Virus record (IMG/VR): IMGVR_UViG_3300026549_000029
Span: 96,001-160,000 of that record
DNA: 64,000 nucleotides
Source of the DNA: a virus
Lineage: Duplodnaviria; Caudoviricetes
Direction: 5' to 3' (one strand)
Below are positions 1 through 10,932 of this stretch, one piece after another. Under the pieces are notes generated by a model. That model was not told where the DNA came from. It ran no database searches and saw only the letters and a list, made by a program, of their open reading frames with translations. The position numbers were made by a program, and so were the translations under genes. How positions within the stretch are numbered: the first letter of the stretch is position 1; each line of letters starts with the position of its first letter.

Positions 1-1
1 T

Positions 2-331
2 ATTATATTTGATTCTTGTATTAGTAAAGAAACTACTTTTGATAAATTCTTAGTTAAGTTTGCTGAAGTTTTCTTAGGTCAAGAATCTGGACAAATGACT
101 CCTAAACATAGAGCAAGATTAACTACAGAAGCTTTTGTTCAAAGATGGATGTACTCTTATGGACCAAGTACTTTCTTTGCTCTTGATTGTTTTGTTCCTT
201 TTGCTCAGATGCTTACAGATACATATGTAGGAGCATATCTTAACCAGCAAAATACTATTGAAAAAGTAGTAGGGAAGAACTATACAACATTTACAAATGA
301 ATTACTGAGAGTAGGGAGTGAAAATGCATGA
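2..331 (+). CDS. 5'-truncated conserved jumbo-phage protein (possibly virion-associated)
   Basis: Frame is open from base 2 through the ORF-track segment 95..331; stop overlaps the next start (ATGA). Confidence 0.7.
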   Translation: MIFDSCISKETTFDKFLVKFAEVFLGQESGQMTPKHRARLTTEAFVQRWMYSYGPSTFFALDCFVPFAQMLTDTYVGAYLNQQNTIEKVVGKNYTTFTNELLRVGSENA

Positions 332-2865
332 TGAACCAGAAGTTCATAGATAGGATTGAAACTTTAAGACATCATACTTACTCTAGAATTCAAGAGTTAC
401 AGAAAAATTTATGCCCAATGATTAAGAAAGATATTTATATGCATTATCAATTTGATTATTGGTATGATGGATATAAATATAATCTTTGGGAAGATGATAC
501 TCATATTTATGCTGTAAAAGAAATTCCATACTGTTATGATAATAATATTAGAAATACAGTATTTCAAGGAAATCTTAAAGATCTAGTAGATGAAGATAAA
601 GTTTGGCCATTCTTATTATTTATTAATGGTGAAGTAATACCTTGGTCTGATATTACTATTATCCATGACTATGATTATTCTTATATGAGAATTGATAATT
701 ATGGTCCAGATTATTCTTTTTATACTGATATAATAGTATTCCCTATTGGATCTAAACAGATTAGATATGGTGAAGATAATGATATTCTTGCTGGAGTAAG
801 TGATAGAAAAGGTTTTTATTTTGGTACAGATAGAACAAGACTTACTAATATTGACTTTGTAGATATTATAGTAAGATTAGAAATATTAGATGATAATATC
901 TATTATAAAGAATTACAGCTTACTGATTCTTATACCGGTAATATTACTTTTGATGATTTACCAGTAGGATTTATTCCTTCATTAGATAATATTATTCTAT
1001 TTGATAATGAAGGTAAATTTGTGCATACTAATATTACGGAATATTTTTCTGATCAATTTAATGGAGTTCTTGGTAAATTTAAAATTATTACTACTGAAGG
1101 ATTAGGAACTGCCATTTTATTATATAATACTAGTCATACTAAATCTAAATCTTCTATTTATGATAGAATAGAAGATTTAGATATTAATACACTTAATAAT
1201 CTTTTAGATAGTGTAGAATATGATAGCGAAGAATGGAATACAGTAGTATATAAATTAATAGAAAAATTTGATTTTGATCATTCATTTGGAGTAGATTATG
1301 AATCAAATATAAATAATGCTGCTGATTATATTAGTAAATATGACTATAGATTATGGAGAGAAGCTTTCTTAAATGATGAACCAATTATAATAAAAACTTA
1401 TACTGGTTCTGATTATAAAAATCTCTCTGATGATAGAGGATATATTCATTTATCTAGAAGACATGCTGATCCTATTCAAGATGTGGTAATGGTATTTGTA
1501 AATAGTAAATTATATGAATATTCTATTGATATAAGTTATACTAATAATACCATTAATGTACCTATCTTTGGTATTATGGATGATGATCATATAGAATTGG
1601 TCATATTTACAAAATGTAATAATCTAGTACTTGATATGAAAGTAAATTCTGCTGATGAAGATGTATATATTCACCCAGAATATAATTTAGATGATTGTTA
1701 TATTATGTCTGAAGAATGTCCTGATGCTGTATATACTGTTCCTGATAGTGTAGAACATAGAAAACAGTATATTCCTGACTATACATATACATCGATAGAA
1801 GAAGAAGGACATTATAATATTAGTTTTGAAAATGCTTATTATTATGGAAAGAATCTTAAGATTGTTCCTAAAAGACAATTTAGACACTATAGATTTAAAC
1901 AGAAAGATGGGCAATTTAAGATTATACTTCCTACACAGTTTAATTATTGTCATGATCCTAATAGATATTTGATTTTTATCAATGGTAAAAAAATTGATAG
2001 AACTGAATATACTATTACTATCATGAATAAAGATAGACCTTTTGATAAATTAATTCTCTATCTCTCTACTATCTTAGATGAAGGCGATTATGTAGATATC
2101 TTCTATATTCCTATGATTCTTAAAGAGAGTTATAGGTTAGATATTATTGATAGAGATGGTTTACTTAGATTATCAAGTACTAGTAAGTATCCTACTAAAT
2201 ATCCATTATCTAAATATACTACTATGGTATTTATTAATGGATATAAAGTAAATCCTTTAGAAATTAAAGATGTAAGCATTAATCAAATGCTTATTAATGT
2301 AGATAAATATATAAGAGATTCTGATGGAAATAAAATTAATAATTATGGATATTGGGAAACTGTTCCTTATACTATTCCTAGCATTAATAATATAACTGTT
2401 ATGGAATATATAGAAGGAGATGAAGATATTTCTAATTATCTTGATGAAGGTAATTATGATTCTTGGAGAACTTATATAGAAACTCTTCAAAATAGTGAAT
2501 ATGAATTAAAGTCTATCTATGGTAAGTATTATGAAATCGAAAATCAAGATATTGAACCTGATTATAAGACTTACTTTGGTGGACTTAGAAGTATTCTCTA
2601 TGATATTGTCATTGACTATTATCTTGTTAGAAATGAAGCTGCTACAGGTGAAGCATTTGTCTATGATTTTGAAAGAGCTGAATGGGAGCCCTATAGTAGA
2701 TATTCTGGTGAACAAGATCTTGATAGTAAAGATAATGTTAAACTTATTACAGTTTTTGAAATACATGATAAATTACTTGATTATATTCCTACAACAGAAA
2801 ATATTGCAGATCCTAGTAATGTTCTTAATGGAATGCAATTTTATCCTGTTAATACTGGAAATTAA
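328..2865 (+). CDS. Large virion structural protein (baseplate-like, AR9-type)
   Basis: 845 aa; repeated LFING/VFVNS/IFING beta-rich units like those in jumbo-phage structural proteins; RBS GGGAG. Confidence 0.5.
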   Translation: MMNQKFIDRIETLRHHTYSRIQELQKNLCPMIKKDIYMHYQFDYWYDGYKYNLWEDDTHIYAVKEIPYCYDNNIRNTVFQGNLKDLVDEDKVWPFLLFINGEVIPWSDITIIHDYDYSYMRIDNYGPDYSFYTDIIVFPIGSKQIRYGEDNDILAGVSDRKGFYFGTDRTRLTNIDFVDIIVRLEILDDNIYYKELQLTDSYTGNITFDDLPVGFIPSLDNIILFDNEGKFVHTNITEYFSDQFNGVLGKFKIITTEGLGTAILLYNTSHTKSKSSIYDRIEDLDINTLNNLLDSVEYDSEEWNTVVYKLIEKFDFDHSFGVDYESNINNAADYISKYDYRLWREAFLNDEPIIIKTYTGSDYKNLSDDRGYIHLSRRHADPIQDVVMVFVNSKLYEYSIDISYTNNTINVPIFGIMDDDHIELVIFTKCNNLVLDMKVNSADEDVYIHPEYNLDDCYIMSEECPDAVYTVPDSVEHRKQYIPDYTYTSIEEEGHYNISFENAYYYGKNLKIVPKRQFRHYRFKQKDGQFKIILPTQFNYCHDPNRYLIFINGKKIDRTEYTITIMNKDRPFDKLILYLSTILDEGDYVDIFYIPMILKESYRLDIIDRDGLLRLSSTSKYPTKYPLSKYTTMVFINGYKVNPLEIKDVSINQMLINVDKYIRDSDGNKINNYGYWETVPYTIPSINNITVMEYIEGDEDISNYLDEGNYDSWRTYIETLQNSEYELKSIYGKYYEIENQDIEPDYKTYFGGLRSILYDIVIDYYLVRNEAATGEAFVYDFERAEWEPYSRYSGEQDLDSKDNVKLITVFEIHDKLLDYIPTTENIADPSNVLNGMQFYPVNTGN

Positions 2866-2878
2866 TATAAAAATGTAT

Positions 2879-2910
2879 AGAGAAGAGCAATTTGCTCTTC
2901 TCTTTTATTT
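2879..2910 (+). terminator. Rho-independent terminator
   Basis: agagaagagcaa-t-ttgctcttctct hairpin followed by T tract. Confidence 0.8.
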
Positions 2911-3097
2911 AATATAAAAGTAATATTTATAAATATTAAATAATATATTTAAAAAATATTATAAAAATACCGTTCTCAGATATACTAAAATAACTATCTG
3001 AGAACAAGTGGAAAAAAAGTGTTAAAAAATGGCCTATTAAAATTTTTTTCAATTGAAAATAATAAAGATGATTATTATTGAATTTGCTACTAAGGGG

Positions 3098-3151
3098 CCC
3101 CAGTGAATAGAAGCCTGCCCCCAAGGGCTAAGGCTTCGTAATTCACTGGGG
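3098..3151. repeat. GC-rich long hairpin in intergenic region
   Basis: ccccagtgaat/attcactgggg, gaagcct/aggcttc and gccc/gggc stems around a CCAA loop. Confidence 0.85.
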
Positions 3152-3325
3152 TGATATATACGATATTACTACAATAATAGTACATATCCATTACGTTATA
3201 TCATCTTTATTATCTTAATATTAATGGAGGAATTTTTAAAGGACACAAACCTCAAAAATCATACTAAAATTTAATTTTCTAATATTTTTTTTTCAATAAT
3301 ATAATAAATATAAAAATTGTATATG

Positions 3326-3370
3326 TTTATAGATGAATATAGATTTCCTATATCATAAGATAAAATAAAT
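3326..3370 (+). pseudogene. Remnant of the 3' end of an HNH endonuclease gene
   Basis: 45 nt matching 26869..26913 with 3 mismatches, one of which makes a stop (caa to taa). Confidence 0.7.
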
Positions 3371-3540
3371 AAATAAAATTATAGCTAAAAAGAAATAATT
3401 AATATTATTTTTTTATTTTTTGTAAAAAAACCTCAATTTTAGGGATAGTAAAATAAAAAATAGTTAGTTATTATATCCTTGATATAATTATAATAATCAT
3501 AATAAAAAAATATATATTATGATTATTAGTTGAATATAAT

Positions 3541-3629
3541 ATCTATTCAACGTTAATAAGATTAACGTTGATTTAGACCCTCAAGGTCTAAAAATCAACG
3601 TTAAGATTATTAACGTGTATGATATAGAT
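3541..3629. repeat. Nested inverted repeat with four AACGT cores (origin-like)
   Basis: acgttaataagattaacgttgatttagacc-ctcaa-ggtctaaaaatcaacgttaagattattaacgt; each arm is itself nearly palindromic. Confidence 0.85.
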
Positions 3630-3771
3630 GCTAATGGTAAAGTAGATTAACCGAATATCATACTGAATATAATAACCTTAGGGAGTATTTTTATTTTTCT
3701 ACGAAAAATAAAACTGGAAATATAATTTTTATTTAAAAATAAAAATTATATTTCCAATAAAATATTCAATA

Positions 3772-3789
3772 AGATATTATAATTATGAA
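3772..3789 (+). promoter_or_regulatory. Putative early (virion RNAP) promoter, consensus A(G/T)ATATTATAATWWTGAA
   Basis: Motif recurs before genes at about 4997, 8966, 26942, 27495, 27701, 29368, 30506, 33658, 36744, 39723, 50378, 56346, 61023 and 61719; resembles AR9/phiKZ TATATTA(T/C) early promoters. Confidence 0.65.
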
Positions 3790-3821
3790 TCATTATCAAA
3801 ACATAAAAAAGGAGAAAATAT

Positions 3822-4682
3822 ATGAATATTAAACCTGTAATATTTAATACAAATAATCCTAACTTCAAAAAAGAATTAGCAGATAAAGCATCAAACTGGT
3901 TTAATAAAATGGAAACAGAATATTTAGATATTATTACAAATTCTTTCAATAATACTAAAAAATATAATCCTGATTTTTTAGGTAAATTATCATATGATAA
4001 TAATAATAATAATAAATCTACTATTCAAAATATTCAATTATTAGATATGGATTCTGTATCAGCAGCATATTTAATAAATTTTGCAACAAAAAATGAAGAT
4101 AAACCTATTGGATTATTAAATTTTGCATCTTTTAAGTTTCCAGGTGGATTGTTTTTGCAGGGAAGTAGGATGCAAGAAGAATCATTATGTCATGAATCAA
4201 TTCTTTATAATGTACTTAGAAGATTTAATTTAGATTTTTATGGAGAAAATAGATTATTATGTAAAAGATATAAAGATGTAAATAGTACATATATAAATAG
4301 AGGTTTATATTCTCCAGATATATTATTTATCCATAATAATGAAAAATTCTACTGTAATGTAATTACAGTAGCAGCTCCTAATAATAGAAAACATGATATA
4401 TCAAATGATGTTAATTATAGAGCTTTATATGCAAGAATAAAATTTGTATTAGACATTGCTAAAGATAATAATATAAAAACTATTATTCTTGGAGCATTTG
4501 GTTGTGGAGTATTCAAACAAAATCCTGAAGAAGTAGCAAATATATTTAAAGAATTATTAATATTTGGAGAATATAATTTTAATAATGTATATTTTGCTAT
4601 TCCTTATGGAAATAATTATAAAGTATTTGCCAGAGTACTTAAAGCTTGTCTTTCTGGTATTATTATTGATAATGAAACTTAA
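3822..4682 (+). CDS. TIGR02452-family microbial PARG-like macrodomain (ADP-ribose glycohydrolase)
   Basis: LNFAS..PGG.F..GSRMQEESLC signature, ITVAAP, ILGAFGCGVF. Confidence 0.85.
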   Translation: MNIKPVIFNTNNPNFKKELADKASNWFNKMETEYLDIITNSFNNTKKYNPDFLGKLSYDNNNNNKSTIQNIQLLDMDSVSAAYLINFATKNEDKPIGLLNFASFKFPGGLFLQGSRMQEESLCHESILYNVLRRFNLDFYGENRLLCKRYKDVNSTYINRGLYSPDILFIHNNEKFYCNVITVAAPNNRKHDISNDVNYRALYARIKFVLDIAKDNNIKTIILGAFGCGVFKQNPEEVANIFKELLIFGEYNFNNVYFAIPYGNNYKVFARVLKACLSGIIIDNET

Positions 4683-4699
4683 ATAATAGGAGGATAGTT

Positions 4700-4939
4700 A
4701 TGACTTCATTTAAAACGAAACAAAATTTAATTGATGCTTTAAAAGAATTATGCTTAGGATGTGAAGTAGATTATCATCCTTTAGGTGGAGATATTATCTA
4801 TTGTACACAAGAATATTTTCATGCTAAAAATAATAATATTCCTATTGCAGGAATTAGAATTGTTGATATTTTAAGTGGAAAAATATGTGGATTTATCTAT
4901 GAAAATAAACCTACTGAAGTAGAATGGTATGATGCATAA
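4700..4939 (+). CDS. Hypothetical protein
   Basis: 79 aa, RBS AGGAGG. Confidence 0.7.
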   Translation: MTSFKTKQNLIDALKELCLGCEVDYHPLGGDIIYCTQEYFHAKNNNIPIAGIRIVDILSGKICGFIYENKPTEVEWYDA

Positions 4940-5109
4940 TAAAAGAAGAGGAGAGCTAATATTAGCTCTCCTCATATTCTAAATTATTTTTTATAAATAT
5001 ATTATAATTTTGAGAAAGGAGATTATATAGTATCAAAATTAACTATTTACAAAACTTTATATTATAAGGTGAAAACTATTTTAAGAGAGAATAATAAGGA
5101 GAAATAAAA

Positions 5110-7224
5110 ATGATATCTAACTTTGAAAATTATGGTCCATTTATAAAATTAGTACAAGATGGATATATGGATTTATATACAAAAGATATAAATACTAAAA
5201 ATTATAATTCTTATTTTGATGGAATTCTTAATATCATGAGAGATGGTATTGAAGATCCAGAAGTACAAGCATTAAAAATTGGAGTTCATTTAGATGATGG
5301 AAATTTTGTTAAATTAACTGTACCTGATTTATATTTTCAATTAATTTTCTTTACATTTCCTATTTATATTGGAACTCCTATTACAGTAATTCATCTTGTA
5401 GATACAAGACAAATTACAAAACGTACTATTAGAGAATACTTTAATATGCTAATTAAGCAACATTCTAAAGATGTTGATTTTATTACTCTAAATAACTTAA
5501 TTGATGAGACTATTTACAAATTTAAATATATAGATGAATTTGCAATGTATTTATCCAATACAGTTAATTTTAAAGATACATTAGATTTAATGATAAAATA
5601 TCCTGAATTTAATGAATCTATTCATGCAGATTTATCTGGAGTTCCTATTGAAGATGTAAAAGATGTAGGAATGAAGTATACTCAAACTCAGATTAACTAT
5701 ATTAAGAATAATGATCATTGTTTAAGAGATTCTTTTATTGCACAAGAAGCTATATCTCCTAAACAATTTAAAGAAGTATCTGTAAATATTGGTACTAAAC
5801 CTGATGGACATGGAGGGATATTCCCCTATATTATTAATAATTCTTTTATGAATGGTGGAGTATCCAATCCTGAATCTTATGTTATAGATTCTTCTGTAGG
5901 AAGAACAGCACAAATATTACAGAAAATGAATGTTGGTACATCAGGAGCATTTGCAAGATTATTGGAGACTAATAATCTTGATACTTTCTTTAATCCGGAT
6001 CAAGATTATTCTTGTGATACAAAGAATTTTATTCAAGTATTTATTAAAGATTCTAACTGGTTATCTAAATATGATAAAAGATATTATAGATTTAATCCAG
6101 ATGGAATTGATTATGTATTAGATAAAGATAAAGATATTCATTTAATTGGGCAAACTCTATTATTTAGATCACCTATTACATGTGCATCTTATGCCCATGG
6201 ATACGGAATTTGTAGAAAATGTTATGGGGATCTTTATTATATTAATAGAGATATAAATCCTGGAAAAATGGCAGCAGAATTATTATCATCTAAATATACG
6301 CAGATGCTTTTATCTGCTAAACATTTGTTGGAATCTTCTGTCATAGAGATGAAATGGAATCAAGAATTCTTTGATATTTTTGAATTAAATCTTAATATGA
6401 TATCTATTCAAGAAGATATTGAATTGGAAGGATATTATATGATTCTTGATTCTAATAAATTTATATCTGATGAAGATGATGATTCTGAAGATGCTGGAAT
6501 TCAATATGAAGAATATATTCCATCTTTCGATATTAAATATTCTAATGGAAATATTATTACATTCCATACATCAGAAGAAGATAATATTTATCTTACAGAA
6601 GATCTTAATAGATTATTAAAATCTAAAAAAGTAAAAGAGAATGAAGATGGTCTTTATATAATATCTCTTGAGTTATTAAGTTCTATTCCTGTAGTATTTA
6701 CTGTAAAGATTCAAAATAAAGAATTACAGAGAACTTTGGAAAGATCTAAAAATATTATTAATAGAGATAAGGATACAAGTAGTTTTACTAAAGATGAAAT
6801 TGTTAAAGAATTTATAACTGCTAATATGGAAGGTGGAATCGATATATCTGCTATCCATTTGGAGACCATATTATCAAATCAGATGAGAGATCCTGATGAT
6901 ATTTTATCTATGCCTAATTGGTCTATAAGAAATGCACCATATAAGATTCTTACTTTAGGTTCAGCATTAAATAACAGTCCTTCAATTACAGTAACCCTAG
7001 AATATCAAAAAATTGGTAAGACTTTAATTAGTCCATTATCTGCTAAAAAGAGAAAACCTTCTGTATTTGATTTATATTTTATGGAGAAACCTCAAGATTA
7101 TGTAGAGAATAATGAAATGGTTTCTGATAAATATAAAATGAAAGAAGATAATGATCCTAATGTATTGAAAGATGTTATTTATTTTATTAATAATGAAGAA
7201 CCTAGTGACTTATGTGATGATTAA
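5110..7224 (+). CDS. Phage multisubunit RNA polymerase beta-prime subunit, C-terminal part (probably non-virion; phiKZ gp74-like)
   Basis: Bridge-helix-like GTSGAFAR, Zn site RSPITC..GICRKCYG, trigger loop TQMLLSAKH, HLETIL; followed by a helicase as in phiKZ gp74-gp75. Confidence 0.9.
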   Translation: MISNFENYGPFIKLVQDGYMDLYTKDINTKNYNSYFDGILNIMRDGIEDPEVQALKIGVHLDDGNFVKLTVPDLYFQLIFFTFPIYIGTPITVIHLVDTRQITKRTIREYFNMLIKQHSKDVDFITLNNLIDETIYKFKYIDEFAMYLSNTVNFKDTLDLMIKYPEFNESIHADLSGVPIEDVKDVGMKYTQTQINYIKNNDHCLRDSFIAQEAISPKQFKEVSVNIGTKPDGHGGIFPYIINNSFMNGGVSNPESYVIDSSVGRTAQILQKMNVGTSGAFARLLETNNLDTFFNPDQDYSCDTKNFIQVFIKDSNWLSKYDKRYYRFNPDGIDYVLDKDKDIHLIGQTLLFRSPITCASYAHGYGICRKCYGDLYYINRDINPGKMAAELLSSKYTQMLLSAKHLLESSVIEMKWNQEFFDIFELNLNMISIQEDIELEGYYMILDSNKFISDEDDDSEDAGIQYEEYIPSFDIKYSNGNIITFHTSEEDNIYLTEDLNRLLKSKKVKENEDGLYIISLELLSSIPVVFTVKIQNKELQRTLERSKNIINRDKDTSSFTKDEIVKEFITANMEGGIDISAIHLETILSNQMRDPDDILSMPNWSIRNAPYKILTLGSALNNSPSITVTLEYQKIGKTLISPLSAKKRKPSVFDLYFMEKPQDYVENNEMVSDKYKMKEDNDPNVLKDVIYFINNEEPSDLCDD

Positions 7225-7279
7225 TTTTAATATAAGGGAAGAATAATAATCTTCCCTTATATTTTTTAAAGGAAATAAT

Positions 7280-8914
7280 ATGAAAACTATAGATGACTAT
7301 AAAATGATATTACATAATTCTGCAATAGTTATAAATAATTGTAATTGGGAAGATTATCCTACATTAACTAATAAATTCTCTAACTGGGATCCATTAAGAT
7401 TTAAAAAAGAATATATTGGAATTTATTATGATAAACAGACTAGAAGATTATTTCTTCCCAGAGGAATAGATGTAGATTATGTAAAAAGAAAAATTTCTTC
7501 TAATATAAATATAGAAGATTTTACTTCTACAGTAATACATAATCACGATTTTGCTTATAATAAAAAACCTATTAAATTAAAAGTACCACCTAGAGATGAT
7601 ATACAAATAGAAGCATTAAATTTTGTATTATGTAAAGATAAATATTTAAAAAATTCTGGTAGATCACAATTTGCATTAAATCTATTTACTGGTAAAGGAA
7701 AAACATTTGTAATATCTGCAGCAATAAGTTACTTAGGAATTAGAACTATAGTAATTACTGCTCAGACTGGTATACTTGATCAATGGATAGAAAGAGTAAA
7801 AGAATATACTACTATAGATGATTCTGATATTGTAAAAATAGAGGGTGGTCCAATGATTACAAGAATACTGGAAAATAAAAGTACAGTATTAGACAAATCA
7901 TTGTATTTATGTACACATTCTACTTTACAAAGTTACGCTTCTACTCATGGATGGGATTCTATTGGTAAATTGTTTAAAACTTTAAAAATTGGTATTAAAG
8001 TATTTGATGAAGCTCATCAAAATTTTCTTAATATGAGCTTAATAGATTTTGCTGCTAGAGATGTATGGAGAACTTATTATGTTACAGCAACTCCATCTAG
8101 ATCAGATAGTACAGAAAATAAGATTTATAAATTATATATGAAAAATGTACCATCTATAGATTTATTTAATCCTGATGTAGATGCACATACTAAATATATT
8201 TCTATAAAGTATAATTCTTATCCTAAACCATCTGATATTACTAAATGTAAAACTTCAGTGTATGGAATAAGTAATCCTTTATATATTGATTATTTAATGA
8301 GAAATGAAAGATTCTGGATAATGTTTGATTATATATTTTCATTAATATATAAATCTGGAGGAAGAGCATTATTTTATATAGGAACAAATTCTGCAATATT
8401 AAAAGTAAAACAGAGAATATTATTTAATTATCCAGAATTGGAATATGATATAGGGATATATACATCTATAAGTGAAAATAAACAAGAAGAAAAGAATAAA
8501 AAATATATCCTTACTACAACTAAATCAGCAGGCGCTGGTGAAGATATTCCTCATTTAAAATATTCTGTAGTATTAGCAGAACCTTTTAAATCAGAAGTAT
8601 TAGCTAGACAGACTTTAGGAAGAACTAGAGATGATAATACTATATATATAGAACTTGTAGATGTAGGATTTAAACAATTAATATCCTATTATAATTCTAA
8701 AAAATCTGTATTTAATAAGTATGCATCTGAATGTAAAAATATGAATATTGATAATTTGACTTTATATAACTTACAAGAGGAGACTAAAATACATATTAAA
8801 AATAGATTTAAAGAAGTAATAGAAATAAATGCAGTAGGTCCTAGAGAAGCTATAATATTTACTAAAGAAAAATTAATGCCTGTTGTTATATTTAGTACAC
8901 AAATGAATGATTAA
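7280..8914 (+). CDS. Superfamily 2 DExD/H helicase
   Basis: TGKGKT, DEAH, TATP and QTLGRTR motifs. Confidence 0.9.
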   Translation: MKTIDDYKMILHNSAIVINNCNWEDYPTLTNKFSNWDPLRFKKEYIGIYYDKQTRRLFLPRGIDVDYVKRKISSNINIEDFTSTVIHNHDFAYNKKPIKLKVPPRDDIQIEALNFVLCKDKYLKNSGRSQFALNLFTGKGKTFVISAAISYLGIRTIVITAQTGILDQWIERVKEYTTIDDSDIVKIEGGPMITRILENKSTVLDKSLYLCTHSTLQSYASTHGWDSIGKLFKTLKIGIKVFDEAHQNFLNMSLIDFAARDVWRTYYVTATPSRSDSTENKIYKLYMKNVPSIDLFNPDVDAHTKYISIKYNSYPKPSDITKCKTSVYGISNPLYIDYLMRNERFWIMFDYIFSLIYKSGGRALFYIGTNSAILKVKQRILFNYPELEYDIGIYTSISENKQEEKNKKYILTTTKSAGAGEDIPHLKYSVVLAEPFKSEVLARQTLGRTRDDNTIYIELVDVGFKQLISYYNSKKSVFNKYASECKNMNIDNLTLYNLQEETKIHIKNRFKEVIEINAVGPREAIIFTKEKLMPVVIFSTQMND

Positions 8915-9050
8915 TAAGTTAGAAGGGTTAAATCCCTTCTGACTTATTTTTTTATTTTTATAATGAGATATTATTATTATGAGTAAGCAAAAGAAAGGAC
9001 TGTTTACTTATATAAATTGTATTTTTAAAAAAGGAGGAATAGTAATAAAA

Positions 9051-10814
9051 ATGAAAATCAAATTTGTAAAAGCAATTAAAGGTACCGGTAATAAGGTACA
9101 TAACCTTGAGAAAATAATTAATGGAAATTCTTCAGGAGAAATAAATTCTTCTAATGAATTTCCAAAGTATGCTGATGGACTTATTATAAGATTTGGTTAT
9201 AGAGATCCTAATGTGGTAAGTGAATATTATAATAAACTTATTTCTGGAGAATTTAAAGATGATAAATATTTTACCAAGGATGATGGTAGAGTATATTATC
9301 TTGTAAAGAAATTATTTAAAGGGAAGACAGATAAAGCTACTCTTCTCAATATATCTAGTTTCTTCAATATAACAAATAAACAGATTTATGGTGATGTAGA
9401 TGGATTTATAGATAAAGCAAAATCAAAATCTATTAAAACTGCTTATAACAAAGGATCAAAAGTAGGAAAAAAGAATCCTTTAAAAGAAGCAGCCTGGATT
9501 GTTGTTCATTCTTATCTCATTGATAAATTCATGTCTGAAAATTATCAGAATAGAATAATTCCAAAGAAACCCGAATTAGTTCCTCTTTGGAATCATTATA
9601 TTGAGATGATGAATGATGTACCCGAACTTGTTAAGAAATATTATTATCTTAATGAGAAATGTGAATCTATATTTACAACTCATTTTAAAGATAATGATAT
9701 TGAATCTAAGACAACAGGTAAAGCTGAAGAATTTGATGTTGATGCTGTATTTGAAGAAGATAATAAAGGACTTATCATTGATGATCATCCTATGGATGAT
9801 AATGAACCTGGAGCAGTTCCATCTTCTGATGAAGTTCCATTTGAAAAAGCTGTAGTAGATACTGCAAATACTATCATAGATAAAGTAGTAGATGCAGCAA
9901 AAGAGTTAAAAGAAGCTATTAATAATACATCAGATGATAAAAAAGATAATAATATCATTGATACAAAATTTGAACTGATCAATATTCCTGAAAAGAAAGA
10001 TAAAAAGGAAATTAATGAAAAGAAAGATTCTTCTAATGAGAAGAAAGAAGAATATCCTAAAATAACTGTTAAAAGACCAGATGAACCTGATCAGAATATC
10101 AGAATAAATAATGAATCAAGTGAAGCAAATGTCAGAAACTTATATAAGTTTACTGATTTTTGTAGAAAACTGGGATATTCTGTTATTTATTCAAATAATC
10201 AGTATTATCCTATGTTAGTACAGGCTTTTGTCTTTAATAGGAGTAACTCTGATAAAGATCGTCGATATATAATGATTGATCCATGTGTAGTGTATGGAGA
10301 TACATTAAGAATTATCCATATATCTGACAATCATTCTGGTATCAGAAATGGTTGTTTTGTGGCCATTTCACAGAAACAGTTAGTGGAAAAAATCATTAAA
10401 GGAACTTTCACAAAGGAGGACAGAAAAGCAAATAATGATCAGCTTCCTAAAGTTCTAAGCGACTATAAAGATAAGTACTATTTTATAGATCGCATTGATT
10501 TAAGGAATCTACAGTCAATAACTTATAACAAAGAAACCAAAAGGTCTATTAGCTTCAGAGACTGGAAAGGTTTCATAGTAAATGTGTCAAATATCTTTAA
10601 AAATCCAGATATTCCTGTTTGTAGATTTAGAATAACTAATTTTAAGGATATTGCACATTTCAAACTTATCTGTGATGATAAGGTTCAGATCTATTATAGA
10701 TCCAACCTTCCTAATGAGGAATCACAGATCAAAGCTATGGCTTCTAAGTTCTGGATATCTTATGATGCAGATAACCAAGATTTCCAGTATATATACGGAG
10801 TCATGTCTGAATAA
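9051..10814 (+). CDS. Hypothetical protein with acidic/Lys-rich central linker
   Basis: Long ORF; start moved to the ATG after AAGGAGG; early promoter motif upstream. Confidence 0.75.
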   Translation: MKIKFVKAIKGTGNKVHNLEKIINGNSSGEINSSNEFPKYADGLIIRFGYRDPNVVSEYYNKLISGEFKDDKYFTKDDGRVYYLVKKLFKGKTDKATLLNISSFFNITNKQIYGDVDGFIDKAKSKSIKTAYNKGSKVGKKNPLKEAAWIVVHSYLIDKFMSENYQNRIIPKKPELVPLWNHYIEMMNDVPELVKKYYYLNEKCESIFTTHFKDNDIESKTTGKAEEFDVDAVFEEDNKGLIIDDHPMDDNEPGAVPSSDEVPFEKAVVDTANTIIDKVVDAAKELKEAINNTSDDKKDNNIIDTKFELINIPEKKDKKEINEKKDSSNEKKEEYPKITVKRPDEPDQNIRINNESSEANVRNLYKFTDFCRKLGYSVIYSNNQYYPMLVQAFVFNRSNSDKDRRYIMIDPCVVYGDTLRIIHISDNHSGIRNGCFVAISQKQLVEKIIKGTFTKEDRKANNDQLPKVLSDYKDKYYFIDRIDLRNLQSITYNKETKRSISFRDWKGFIVNVSNIFKNPDIPVCRFRITNFKDIAHFKLICDDKVQIYYRSNLPNEESQIKAMASKFWISYDADNQDFQYIYGVMSE

Positions 10815-10932
10815 TACTGTTATAAAAATAAGAGAGGTTAACTTAACCTCTCTTATTTTTTTGATTTTTATATTCTTTAATACCTTTCATTAATATTATA
10901 TTTTATTTTTATATAGGGAGAATTTGATAAAA

